From Ancylonema sp. (Eukaryota): a stretch of DNA of 64,000 nucleotides. The stretch is taken from the NCBI GenBank assembly GCA_050230475.1, contig JBFLGF010000200.1, positions 1 through 64,000 on the forward strand, given 5' to 3'. Below the pieces are notes generated by a model. That model searched no databases. It had not been told where the DNA came from and saw nothing but the letters and a program-made list of their open reading frames with translations. The position numbers and the translations under genes are program-made. Of the stretch, positions 38,445-50,952 are shown piece by piece. Position 1 is the stretch's first letter. Every line of letters starts with the position of its first letter.

Positions 38445-40845
38445 TGTGGACGCCATTGTGACGTCCACTCAACTCAACTCTTTACACTTGAGTAATACCC
38501 AACTCAAACTCAGAACTCAACTCTTACTCAGATTGCGCTCAACACAAACGCAGACTCAGACTCATTCACATACACATTAAACTCATTCACATATGGCGCA
38601 GCTCATAGACAAAGCTTCTTTCATATACAAGCAAGTAAAAAAACAACACCGGAGAAGAATTGTACCTATACCCATTGTATGAAAATCTCAATCAACTAGC
38701 CAAAAGTAAGACCTTTGTCATCAAGTTGACATCTCATGACTACTGACCCTAGATTAACCGAACGAGTAAATCTAATTCGTCAACTATTGATTTATTGCGC
38801 GCCGAGCCAATAACGCGACTACTGCATTTCACTGACACACGTCACTTTTCTACCGATACAACTAATCATTCTAAACAAGAGCGAAAAACAACACGTTCAT
38901 TATTCTAAATATTCCCAAAGACAAAACGTCACTTCAAGTCATAGACGCGAATAACCAAAAACACGAAAAACAAACCAAAAACCAAAAGCGTCAAAGAACC
39001 GCGCACTATTACGGCAACAACTTTGGTCGAACTAATTAACACATCATAATATACAAATATGTTGCAGAAAATACTCCACATTCCCCCTCCCTGCAACATC
39101 CATCGACACATTTTACCCACTTTTCTATCATCCCCACCAATCCCTTGCAGACTTTTAGAACTCCTACTCCAACATTTTTGTAACATGTCTGCTGCATTCA
39201 ATCCCGGTCGACCTTCCCTAATTCAATAAGACTTTTCAACCCTGTCCCTGAGTGAATGATACTTGATTCTGATTGCTTAGACCTCTGATGAAAGACTGGA
39301 TTCATCGCCAATTTAAGTGGAGACTCATTATCACCTAGCAACAGAACTTTTTCTGTGCCAATTCTCATTTCCCCCTGGAGCTGTTGCAAATAGATGGCCT
39401 CATTCCCTGCCTCACTCAGTCCCACATACTCTGACTCACAACTGCTATGAGTAACAACTATCATCATCGATGACCTCCAGATCACTGCTGCACTAGCACT
39501 CATAAACACGTAACCATTTCTGCCCCTGGATGTCTCTCTGTCTCCAGCATGTCCAGCATCAGAATACCCCCACACCCCCACCTGCGCACCTCTCTTATAA
39601 AGCAACCCCTCTCCAGCTGTACCATTCACGTACCTCAGTACACGTTTTACCCCCTCCCAATGTGCTATTCCAGGGTTCTGACTAAACTTGCTAAGTTCAG
39701 ACACTGATGCTGACAAGTCTGGTCGAGTACAAGTTGCGAGATCCATCAAACTCCCAATTGCAGACCTGTAAGGCACATTCACCATTTCACTCCTCTCCTC
39801 ATCGGTGACTGGTTGCTGAGAGATGTCCAGATGAGTTCCCAGCTCCATTGGTGTCGACACTGTCTTGCTCCCCTCCATGCGCGCTGAAACGTTTGACGAC
39901 ATCTCCTGCATACTTCTCTTGCACCAGAAGCACATCGCCATTCGCCCGCCTTCGAATCTCTATACCCACCAAGAATCTAGCCTCCCCAAGATCTTTCATT
40001 TTGAATTCTGTATTCGCTGACGTGTTGTCTGCGTTCAGCACTACGGCTATCTCAACCGGCTCAAGTTCTGTTCCGTTCACTATCTCAAGACTGTCTTCTG
40101 CGTCCAAGACAGCGGTGAGATTTGTGCGCCATGGCCCATACGTAATTGAATCTTTCAGCACTGTTTTCTTTGTGTACTCTGATGATCCAGAGCCTGATGC
40201 TCTGATGGACGCCATTGTGACGTCCACTCAACTCAACTCTTTACACTTGAGTAATACCCAACTCAAACTCAGAACTCAACTCTGACTCAGATTGCGCTCC
40301 ACACAAACTCAGACTCAGACTCATTCACATACTCATTGAACTCATTCACATATGGCGCAGCTCATAGACAAAGCTTCTTTCATATAAAAGCAAGTAAAAA
40401 ACAACACCGGAGATGAATTGTACCTATACCCATTGTATGAGAAAAAAATCTCAATCAACTAGCCAAAAGTAAGACCTTGTGTCATCAAGTTGACAATATC
40501 TCCAAATGACTAAGACCCTAGATTAAAACGAGATCTAATTCGTCAATATTGATTGAGTTATTGCGCGCCGAGCCAACACTACTGCACATTTCACTGACAC
40601 ACGTCATAACTTTTCTACCGATACAACTAATATTCTAAACAAGAGCGAAAAACAACACGTGTCGTTATTCTAAATATACCCAAAGACAAAACGTCACTTC
40701 AAGTCATAGACGCGAATAACCAAAAACACGAAAAACAAACCAAAAACCAAAAGCGTCAAAGAACCGCGCACTATTACGGCGGCAACTTTGGTCGAACTAA
40801 TTAACACATCATCATATACAAATATGTTGCAGAAAATACTCCACA
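38445..40845 (-). mobile_element. Ty1/copia element B nested in the 3' LTR of A; LTRs 38445-39080 and ~40206-40845; internally deleted (gag N-terminus fused to RT/RNaseH)
   Basis: LTR termini TGTGGA...TCCACA; PPT GGGAGGGGGAA; RT FKMKDLGEARFLVGIEI and PYRSAIGSLMDLATCTRPDL; RNaseH GYSDAGHAGD..SSCESEY..GDNES; PBS remnant TCAGAGC. Confidence 0.92.
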
Positions 40846-41606
40846 GTCTACCCCCACTCCACCCACCCACCGAGACGCGCGTACAATTTTGTTCTGGGAA
40901 TGCGAGGACTCCGACGACCAGTGCACCATTGTCGTCCTCCTCCGAGGAGGTAAGCAAATGTCACCAGCCTGGCAGCGGTGTATTCCCTGGCAGCGGTGTA
41001 GTCCTCGCATGTTTCGAGAAATGTTGTCATTGTCGCGCGGGGCTGGGCTCCACAAATACCCAAATGGAAAAATATAGAACTATGTGTGTGGAAAACGAAT
41101 GGCTGCGCTGGAATGGTGGAATGCAGTGGACGTACAATGTAGGGTGTACGGAGGGGAGGTGTGGTGGGGGGGGGGGGGGGGGGATGGGGTAGGAATTTTG
41201 CAGGCCCGCCTTCCGTTTGCCCAGGTGGGATTAGTGGCTGCAGTTGGGATTTTTCGGCGGGCTTGTCTCCGATCCCACCCATGCACCCAAAAAACACCCC
41301 CACCACCTTACTCCCCACTATGTTGTCTACCAGAGGTGTGGCCAATATTTTGGCGACCTCCTTGCAGCGTCCTTGCTTGAATGTAGTCATGTATTTCTGT
41401 AACCCAGAACAAATCACTTTAGTTACTCCTCACCGGGGCTTACGTCACATAAGTTACGAGGTATACACCTCGCCCAAACTCAATTTCTGATTCCTGAGGA
41501 TGCAATCCAGGGTCCTCAGGATCCACGCACCCGTCTGTTTGATAGACGTGATTATATTGGGGTATAATCCATATATGTGGCACCACTCCATGGCTTCTGG
41601 GGCCAG
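40846..41606 (-). pseudogene. Inverted continuation of the Ulp1-like gene
   Basis: Starts with TSD CTGGC and continues the 35036-35487 frame: (KNV)LAPEAMEWCHIYGLYPNIITSIKQTGAWILRTLDCILRNQKLSLGE. Confidence 0.7.
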
Positions 41607-42107
41607 TGAAGAGTCCATCTTGATATGGAACTCTTATGCGTGAATCCTATCTCGAACAAGTGCCCATACACTCCTCATTCACAACGCATTCAGATCGATG
41701 TGAGATGAGTTGCTAGTTCGATCAATTACCGCTCCAAGGTCTGAAAGTCAGACCTTGAACAATGTTTCGCACAAACACACTAGCGAGCCACACTACTCGC
41801 TACGTGCCCACGTCTACTTTATGATACAATGCGAATCTAAATGCACATGCAAATTAACAACGTATATGTAAGCACCAATCAAGCACACAGCGATAGCCAA
41901 CCAATAGGTGCTTCGACGGACTAAGAGACTCGCGGCCGCAACTCACATGACCAATACGAATCCGGCATTTAACTGACACATGTCCGATATGCATGACAAA
42001 TACGTACTCAATCCAGCTAACGGCTGACGGCTGGATTGACCGATCGACCCAAATAACTCGACCAAATTATGTCGGGCTTATTAATCCCCGTATCCGTATC
42101 TAATAAC
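41607..42107 (-). repeat. Remainder of the copia A 3' LTR, inverted
   Basis: Reverse complement matches 35568-36062 and ends ...ACTCTTCA followed by TSD CTGGC. Confidence 0.9.
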
Positions 42108-42112
42108 TTAAC

Positions 42113-42744
42113 TGGAGTATTTTCTGCAACATATTTGTATATTAATGATGTGTTAATCAGTTCGGCCAAAGTTGCCGTAATAGTGCGCGGTTCTTTGACG
42201 CTTTTGGTTTTGGGTTTGTTTTTCGTGTTTTTGGTTATTCGTGTCTATGACTTGAAGTGACGTTTTGTCTTTGGGAATATTTAGAATAATGACACGTGTT
42301 GTTTTTCGCACTTGTTTAGAATGATTAGTTGTATCGGTATAAAAGTTATGAGTGTGTCAGTGAAATGTGTCAGTAGTCGCGTTATTGGCGGCGCGCAATA
42401 ACTCAATCAAGTTGACGAAAGTTTCTCGGTTAATCTAGGGTCGATTTGGAGATAATGTCAACTTGATGACAAGACAAGGTCTTACTTTTGGCTAGTTGAT
42501 TGAGATTTTCTCATACAATGGGTATAGGTACAATTCTTCTCCGGTGTTGTTTTCACTTGCTTTTATATGAAAGAAGCTTTGTCTATGAGCTGCGCCATAT
42601 GTGAATGAGTTTAATGAGTATGTGAATGAGTCTGAGTCTGAGTTTGAGTTGAGCGCAATCTGAGTAAGAGTTGAGTTTGAGTTTGGTTGGGTATTACTCA
42701 AGTGTAAAGAGTTGAGTTGAGTGGACGTCACAATGGCGTCCACA
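42113..42744 (+). repeat. Third LTR-B copy, in opposite orientation to the other two
   Basis: Reverse complement of 38445-39078. Confidence 0.92.
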
Positions 42745-44359
42745 GTCAGCATTAGTCGACTCGTGACCCTCGGACTTGTCCCTATGTGTTGACCTATCCG
42801 ACTTCTTTTTTGGGTGGCTGCAGTGCTCACCAGAAGAGTGTCAAGCGAATGATGACTTGCACTCTCGAGCGATCGAGGAAAATAAGTTTGCGGTTGGTTG
42901 GATACATGTGAGAATTTTGGTCTTATGGTGGCAATGGTTCCTCTTTTTCTTTTGACTTCTTTGGATTCTTTGCTCTTTTCTGGAAAAGTACTTCACCTCT
43001 TGTGTATGCATCCTACATCCAACCCACCTCCCATCCTCCCATGTTGTTGTTGTGTCATCCCCTTCAGACACACCCCGACTTTGAGCATTTCATGTCCAAC
43101 ATCGACATACACACGTCGGTGAAAATACAGGTGTGTAACGGGTCCGCATTAGGCAGTAAAGTCGCCTTGTAGTGATTGGTAAATTTGATATGATATTGGG
43201 AAGCGTGGATTTACAGAGAGACACGGCAGAGTCTGTGGCCATCGTCTTGGCGCCCAAAAAGGGAGATACCCCGAAAGGGTGAGCAACAATGCCCCTCCCT
43301 ACCTCGTCCCCGGTATTCTTGATTATCCAATGTAGCAGAATGGAAATAGAAGCCATGCTGACAATAAACCTTGCACTGGCGGTGGGAGGAGGGGAGGGAG
43401 AGGCTAGGAGATCAAGTGTGGCGAGTAGACTCCGGACACAGGGATAGAGGTTCAAAATGGGGACGCCATAGGGGAAGGTGGTAGTGGGGAGCTGTCCCCC
43501 AAGAAGAAGAGGAGTAGAAAATAATGGTGTGGACACATGTGTGTGTGGTGTCCATGTGGCAATTTAGAGTGCTACCATCTGCGTAAGCATGATTTATAGT
43601 GAACAGTGCACTACTTACATAGAGAGGAGGATGCACTAACCATCATAATTGTGACGATGATGGTGAACATTTGAATGACTCTAATCGAAGATTGATCATA
43701 GTGTCTGGGTCAGATGTATCAAGAATCTTATTGAAGTTTGACTTTCTTGTTCTCGGTCCAAAGCCAAAATGAAGATGTGTATTGATGCTTACTATACCGA
43801 ATTGTTGCTTACTCTCCACGGTATGCAAACAATTATATATGGGATGAGATTATTTTGGTCACAGAATTATGAAACCCACTTGCGCAGTGTCTGAATATAA
43901 AAAACATCACGCATCCTTCGCGAGATTTGAGATATCGCGCTATAAACGAGAAGACAAATGACATACCGCGATCTTCAAGAGTAATTCAGATATCGCGCGT
44001 AGTGGTGGTCAACACTAGATGAGGAAGTATTATTTTCATAACATGAAGAAGCTTATTATGTAATACTTAATGCGAAAGAGAAAGACTGAAAAAATATAGA
44101 TAGAACGCAATTTACATTTCACACCTCGAAAATTACTATGAAAGTGCAAAAACACCCATGGACATGAAGTTATGATCAAGGTCTCGACATTGCTAAATCA
44201 AGTCTACTGTCTGGTGGACGTCGATACTGCCCAAGGGTTGGGACTGCTTTTGGGATCGGGCTACTTAACCATACAGACTTCCTAACACACGGACCTTCCA
44301 CACCATACCATGAACCGCATAAAAAATATTTCCTCTACCTCCTCCTCCTCCGCCGAGTT

Positions 44360-47134
44360 CTACACGTCCTCTACCAACACCCCCTCTACCCCCAAGTTCT
44401 CTTCCTCCCACTCTTCCAGCCCGACATCCTCCACATCCTCGCCTTCACCACCATCTCCGATCCCCCTGGGACTCCCACGGTGACCCATTTTGGGCAGGCA
44501 CTCGAGCATCAACGACTCGAGCTGCTGCATCGGACCGGCTCTATCACTTTCAGGGTAGGATGACTCGTCGAATAAGATGGGCCATTCATCCAAAACCGAT
44601 ACAGCGTAAGGAAGAGACGTGGCCTCGGTGGCATCATCCAGTGCGATCTGTTCCGCATAATCCAGGGGTCGCCCGACTTGTAAGGCCCACACCCGTTTGC
44701 AATCCCCGACTGCCATATGGTCCACCCTGTCCATCGAGGTGTACCACTTGGCCATCTCCAACTTCCTCACAAAGCGGCGTCTTGACAAGTCGATGCGTTT
44801 GTAAACACTGCAAATAAGGGTGGGATAAGAGGACACACTGTACGTAAGATCACCCATACAAAGTCAAGGAGAAGGTGACTCGAGTCGTATTGGCTAGAGT
44901 GTATGTTCCCACCTTGTCCACACTCTCCTGTACGACTCCAGATCCGCCTCCTCTCTCGATCCCACACCGACAACGCAGTCACCACTTGCGTCTGGTCCAG
45001 TCAAGTGGATGGGCATTGAGTTCATATCGGACCACACACACAAAAGACACATGCAAAACCAATTGTTGGGCTGTGAGGCGAAGTTATGTGTAGAGGATTA
45101 AGCAAGATATGCAATAACCATACCAGATGACTCTCGTTCTCGATGGTACTCTTCGAGTATGTTCACAGTCTTGCGTAAGATGTCGGGGTTGAATCTCATG
45201 ACTAGAAAGCCCTGTTCACGTGCTTCTCTATTGGCATCGCTATTTCTGGCCAATCGCGACAGGGATTTCACACGGACTCGAGTGTGGGTCTTGTTCACCA
45301 CCACCAATTGAGCAAAAAATGCATCGGTTGCAGCCTTCGAATGACCACCCCCCCTTCCCTCTTTCTCCGGGTCTTCCTCACGCAGACAAGGTGGCACCAA
45401 ATCTGCCTCTCCCGCGTTCTCAATCAGGCGTTCCCTCCACCCTGCTCTCCTGCACTCGTCATCCACACTTGCCCTCACTCTACGTGCGGCCACCACTGCT
45501 GGGTCTGCTTCCACCACGACTGCAATATCCGGGGGAAGCTTGGGGAGGTGAGGAATGGCCCTTTCTTGCGCCTTCTCCGCCATCTCCTCGTTCGACCCAG
45601 CCCGACGCGCACTAAAGGGAACATATTGAGGAAGGCGGGCTATCCGGGCCACAAGATTCAGGGTTGCCACCAAAAACACCCTCCTCCTCTCCAAATAAAA
45701 CCGCGTTGTTGTCGAAAAGGAGGTTCCCGAGGGGACCAATGTACGACTCCATCGTGACACGTGTTAGATTAGTGTGTCCGAGAGCACGCGCTAAGGACTG
45801 ATAGTGGTAGGCTTTCGGTACCCCGCCACTCTAGGACGTGAGGTTGACAAGGGCTTGGCCGGCCGCGCCTGACCTAAAGCTGCGCATGCCAAATTTGATG
45901 ACCGCATCCTCCGACATCCCGAGTTGATGAAGTAGGTCTCGCAACTGACGAGACTTCACATCCGGGGGGAACCTACAATAGGGTAGATGGGTAGTGTGTG
46001 AGATGTAGGTGTGCAGGTAGGAGGAGGAGCAAGAAGGGGGGGGGGGGAAGAGGGCTAATTAGGGCAATGAAGAAGAGACTCCACAGAAAAATGTATGCAC
46101 CTCCTCCCACCCAACTCACCGTCTTCTGGGGTGAGAGTACTCCTCCCTCCACAGCTGGAAAAACAAAATAATCAAGGCACTCCGGCTTCACCACAAACCT
46201 TTGCTTTCGACACGCTTCTGGCAATTCCAGGTCTAGTACCCCCATCTTCACCGCCAAGGCAACGAGAGTGCGAACCAAGCACAATTCCCGGACCTCGAAC
46301 TCCTTCAATTTTACAGATCTCCCCTTTCCCCCCAACGCAGCCGCGAAACCCACCGACTTACTATCTGGAACAACCACCACCACCTCCACATGTCGATTTT
46401 CCTCCTCATCAACATGGGCCTGGAAAGTAACATGTCGCCACTTCAGCGCTTGATACGAGTTGGGGCGGCATAGGCAGGTAAAGCCGGTCAACATCACCGC
46501 ACGAAGTACCAGGTCCGATACACTCATGGGGTCCAACAATTGAACCATTGTACGAACAGCCATTGCGGGAAGAGGGGTTTGTCGATGACACCTGTCAGCC
46601 CCAAGGGCCCTGAAACAATCAAAGACATTTGAAGGGAGGTTGATCCATTGAGCTCCAGGTTTACAAGAGCGCTTTGTGAGGGTGTTAAGGATCTCACGGT
46701 GCAATACTTTTCATCACCAGTGATGACTCCCGTCTGAGAACCGACACGTCACCACTGCCAACAAACTTTCCCTCCTCCACCATCGACCATTCCTTCTCCT
46801 CAACGAATGATAACAGGTTGTAAGACAAAACGCGCATATATGTGAAGCTATGACCACGAGGCCCCATAGCGAATCCAAGTGGATCAGTGTGAGGGTCCTT
46901 CCCCACAGAGGGTATGGCCAACCACCATAAGAAGTACTTTAACGTCTTTGGTGTGACGGGGAAGTCTTGGTCACTCCACAGGCCATCATCCATCCCATAC
47001 GGACCTAAAAAGGACACACGATCTTCCTGTCTGGCAACCCTCATCATGTGATTAAAGACTATCCACTTCCGAGTTGCACGGCCCTGCAGATCGGCCTTCT
47101 TCAACACGGCATTATCCATCACTTTTTTTTTCTC
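44360..47134 (-). pseudogene. Tyrosine recombinase YR-2 (Crypton/DUF3435-like) with long C-terminal extension; spliced, with stops and frameshifts
   Basis: LRAVMLTGFTCLCRPNSYQALKWRHV (R at ~46466), VPDSKS (K), CLVRTLVALA, intron ~46119-45973, then LRDLLHQLGMSEDAVIKFGMRSFRSGAA (R), RALGHTN (H), TMESY (Y at 45741-45743). Confidence 0.85.
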
Positions 47135-47187
47135 CTAACAAAAAGAAATAGGTCGACGCGCGGAATTACACAACCATTATACACAAT

Positions 47188-50100
47188 TTATGCCACAGGA
47201 CATTTTTGTGCACACACAAAATTGCAGGTCAACCAACATGCACCCATCTTGCCATGTTCTAGCATACATGTAACATGAAATGCGGTTGCACCCCCACCCT
47301 GGCCCACCTCATCATCCATAGAGGTTAACAAGGACGTGAGTTCCTCTTGCAACAATTCCTTGAGCGAATTGACAAAGTCGCTCGACTTGGTTCTTCTCTT
47401 GACGACCTCCAATTCTGAAGCACACTTCTTGAAATACGCTTGCATCCGCACCCAATCACCGTGTGCCTCTAAATCAACAAGGGGGGACTCCGATGACCTG
47501 TACCGCTGCAACTGTGCGATGGCGAACGACAGTTCCCTATGCACAACAGCGTGTGATCGATGTTCGCCCATTTGAACATCGGACATCGTGAGAGTAGGTA
47601 TCGATGGAGGCACATCTGGGAATAAAAACAAGGACAACATTGAGAACATGAGCAAATAGAGGGAGGAAAGAGGAGGAAGGGATAAATACGGTTAGCGCTA
47701 ACAATTAAACAGTTGTGTTCGATGGGAAACAGGAGTGGAAAGGAAGTCACCTATGTGCTTTGCCACAGTTGGAACAACCTCGACACCTTGGCGCCATGAC
47801 ATTGCCCACACCCCCTTCCCCTCTCTCCCGTACACCATCTGATAACCAGCACTCGAAGGAGCAACTCTTCCGCCTCCCACCCTCAGTATCCTCGACAATC
47901 AGATCCAGGTCCACACCCTCCACACACATATCATCGACTTGAGCATCTGCTGGGGGGTGGGTGAAGATTGGGTGATGGTCCAGTAGAACTGAAGACTCCG
48001 CACCACGGGAGCAGTACTGATATCGTCACCGCACCCCGCCAGCAACTTTATTTGTGGAACATGGGTGTTCTGACCCACGAACCATCTCGCATATTTCCGG
48101 GCCACGGTCTGTCTCGCATTGCACAGGCTGCAAGGCACAGGTTCTCAACCTATTGGACATCAGAAACAATCACACTTCCTTCACATGAGAGGGAAGAGAA
48201 CATACTTATGCACAGCCTTAGAGCGGGCTGCCTTCGTGTGAGGGACTCCCCCTTCATTGTTTTTGTAATTATTTGCTGGCCCTTCTAGCTCCTGGATAGT
48301 CTTCACCCACTTGTGGTATGCGGGGAGAACTTTAGAACCCTCTATATCAGCACGTCCCTCCTGTTCTTGCTCCCATGGTAGAATAATAGTGAAGAAGTGC
48401 TCAGGTGTTTCATCTGCATATAGCAACGCAATCAAATGAACAGTTAAAATTGGCAAAAAAGACAGGTTGCATTCAACCCGAACCCACCCAAGTATTACCT
48501 GAGAGTTTACTTATAACTTCATCCAACGCTTTTCTCAAGAAAGAATCCTTTTGATTCTGGGTGTCCCGTGCACACAACTCCTCCTCCGCAGTAGCCGACT
48601 TTTACGGATAACAGCGTACCGTCAGGTCTAAAGACTCCGCAGCACGGATTCTCTGCTCTGATCTGTCGACAAGAACCTTTCTGTTCTGTTCCTTAAAAAC
48701 CTGCCCAATCTGGACACGAAGCACACTGGGCACATTTCCACGGCCCCGTTTGAGGCCCGGTTTGGTAGGAGGCCCCGGAAGGAACAATCCTCCGGACTGG
48801 GCAGGAGTCAATACACCGGGTCCTCCCAGCACACCTTCAGACAGGATCTTCTCACCACCAAGCGTGACCAACCCCTCTACCCCAGTAACCTGGTTGGACA
48901 CATCCCCCCCTTGCCCCACACCATCCGGGGTGACTTCCATGCATATCTTGTGGGGTCGACACCCACTAACTCCAACCTTCTCTTCAATGCGCAGGAGAGA
49001 TAATAAATATTCAGCTACAAGCGAAAGAAAGGGGAGGAAAATGAACAAGCTTGGTTACCATTAAGTTCCCATTAAAATGTTTTTCTTCAAAATAAAAAAC
49101 CGGCTGATCGGAGAAGAGAACTTCGTCACAATCACGAGGGCATAAAAGCATCTCCAAGCAGCCGACCTTAACACTGCAGTCTTTTTCGAATACATCTTGA
49201 CGACGACCGATTTGAAGCACTTGCTCAACTAAGCAAATCTGTGAAGAGAAGATGGGAATTAAAAAGGTGGGAAATAAATGCCAACTTCTACCACATTGAA
49301 TTCAGCTTAAAGAACTCAAGCAGAAAAAACATAGCGGCATTGCTTGATACACAACCACATCTCTTGTCGCATACAAAATCAGACCTGCGGGTGTGACCGA
49401 CGCCCAATTTGACAGAGGTGGGTGGAACCCATGTTGGAGGAGTTTTTGAAAGGACGGATGGCCACATTAATAGCAGTCCCCCCATCCAACATAGTGACGT
49501 CTTTCCAAGTAATGTTGATGATTTCTTTTGAACGAGGACCACACACGAATGAAAGTATGAAGAGAATGGAATCTCGGAGATCAACATCGATACAAAGGTC
49601 GAGTGAATTTAATAATGGAATTAAAACATCCAGCAAGAGTGACTTCTGTGTCTTGAAGGGGCGAAGCACCCCAGATGCTCTATTCCAATGCCTCTTGGAT
49701 ATCTCCATCACCTCACGCAAGCGTCCGATACGGGCTTCGGGTGGGCCTTCGCCCCCAACCACATCGGGACGAACAATGGCCCATGCAAGGAGGGCCCATA
49801 AACACTGTGAATAATGTGGAATGGGGGTGGAGAGGGAGGGGGTCGGGGGGGGGGGGTTATTTCATACAATTGTCTCCACTAATGTGACAGAAGGGACACA
49901 GTTCTCACCTTGATAGACGTATTGTATGACAAGCCAAGTTGCTCCCGTAGGTGTCCCAAGTATATGAAGATGACGTCAGGATCGATGGCAGTCAACGATT
50001 TCCCGGACATCTCCAAAAATTGACAATAGGAGAAAAATGGCGCTAGTCCATCACGCAAAAAAATAACTGTGCAGGGGATAAACAATGTCATTAATTTATA

Positions 50101-50606
50101 TCCGGTACCATACACATATTTGGGGCAAACTACTCTGCTCACCCTTATTCCGGGTTTTAATGACGTCAGAAGCGCCAATGGTAGCATCTAAAAATCGACG
50201 CAGATCCGGCAGATTCTCTGTCGCCCCCCCCTGTCTACCAACATCAGTTAACAACTTCACTGCATCGCCCTTCCAGTCCTTGGCCCTGCTAAAACGACGG
50301 CCACTTCGTTTCGAGCACGTCGGGTGTGGCTAGCAACAATAAGGAATAGAAAAAAGAAGGAAATTAAAAAAAAGTAACAAAATACGCAGGCTCGCATAAA
50401 ATCCTTTCAATAACCGAACAAGGATCAAAACAATTTCAGGGGCGAAAACCAACCAAAACAAGCACAGCCTCCGAATGGGGGGGCAAGTTCTCATCTCCAT
50501 CGACTGGCAAGCCAGAAGAGGCGGTACACAAGTTATGACCGACATTCGTCGGCAGCTCCCCCAACGGGTTGCGCAACTGAAGGGGGCGGGGGGGGCCAGT
50601 AGTCAT
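47188..50606 (-). pseudogene. Tyrosine recombinase YR-1 with core-binding domain and C-terminal extension; spliced, degenerate (start tentative)
   Basis: Integrase N-domain-like FFSYCQFLEMSGKSLTAIDPDVIFIYLGHLREQLGLSYNT; box I LRDSILFILSFVCGPRSKEIINITWKDV (R at ~49533); RPFKN; ICLVEQVL; RRLELVGVDPTRYAWKSPR. Catalytic H/W and Y not recognisable after a frameshift. Confidence 0.78.
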
Positions 50607-50952
50607 GATCTCACATCTGCACACAATCCATCCAGATCCAGGGTTGGGATACAACGAGTAAAACAAGTACAGTGCGAGTTGAACACGTACCCAACGTCTA
50701 CAACATCGGGAATACCGGTTGGTATTGTGGACTCGGTGGTTGCAGGCATAGAATTCGGCAACAAAACAATACGACCTTCAAAAAAAAGGAGAAAACGTGT
50801 CGCAACAATCGGATGAGAAACAATATGTCCTACAGGATTCCCAGATTCGTGTGCTATCAACCACAATAATGTAACTAGAAAAAGGAACGGTCAATAACAA
50901 CACATCATTTTTTGGTGCTTGAGTTACAGCAGCCAAGAGGGTATACGGTTCA

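Noticed and set aside
44360..50606. DIRS/Ngaro retrotransposon
   Set aside because: No linked RT, RNaseH or gag and no DIRS-type terminal repeats; nearby RT is copia-type within its own LTRs, and the YRs contain spliceosomal introns
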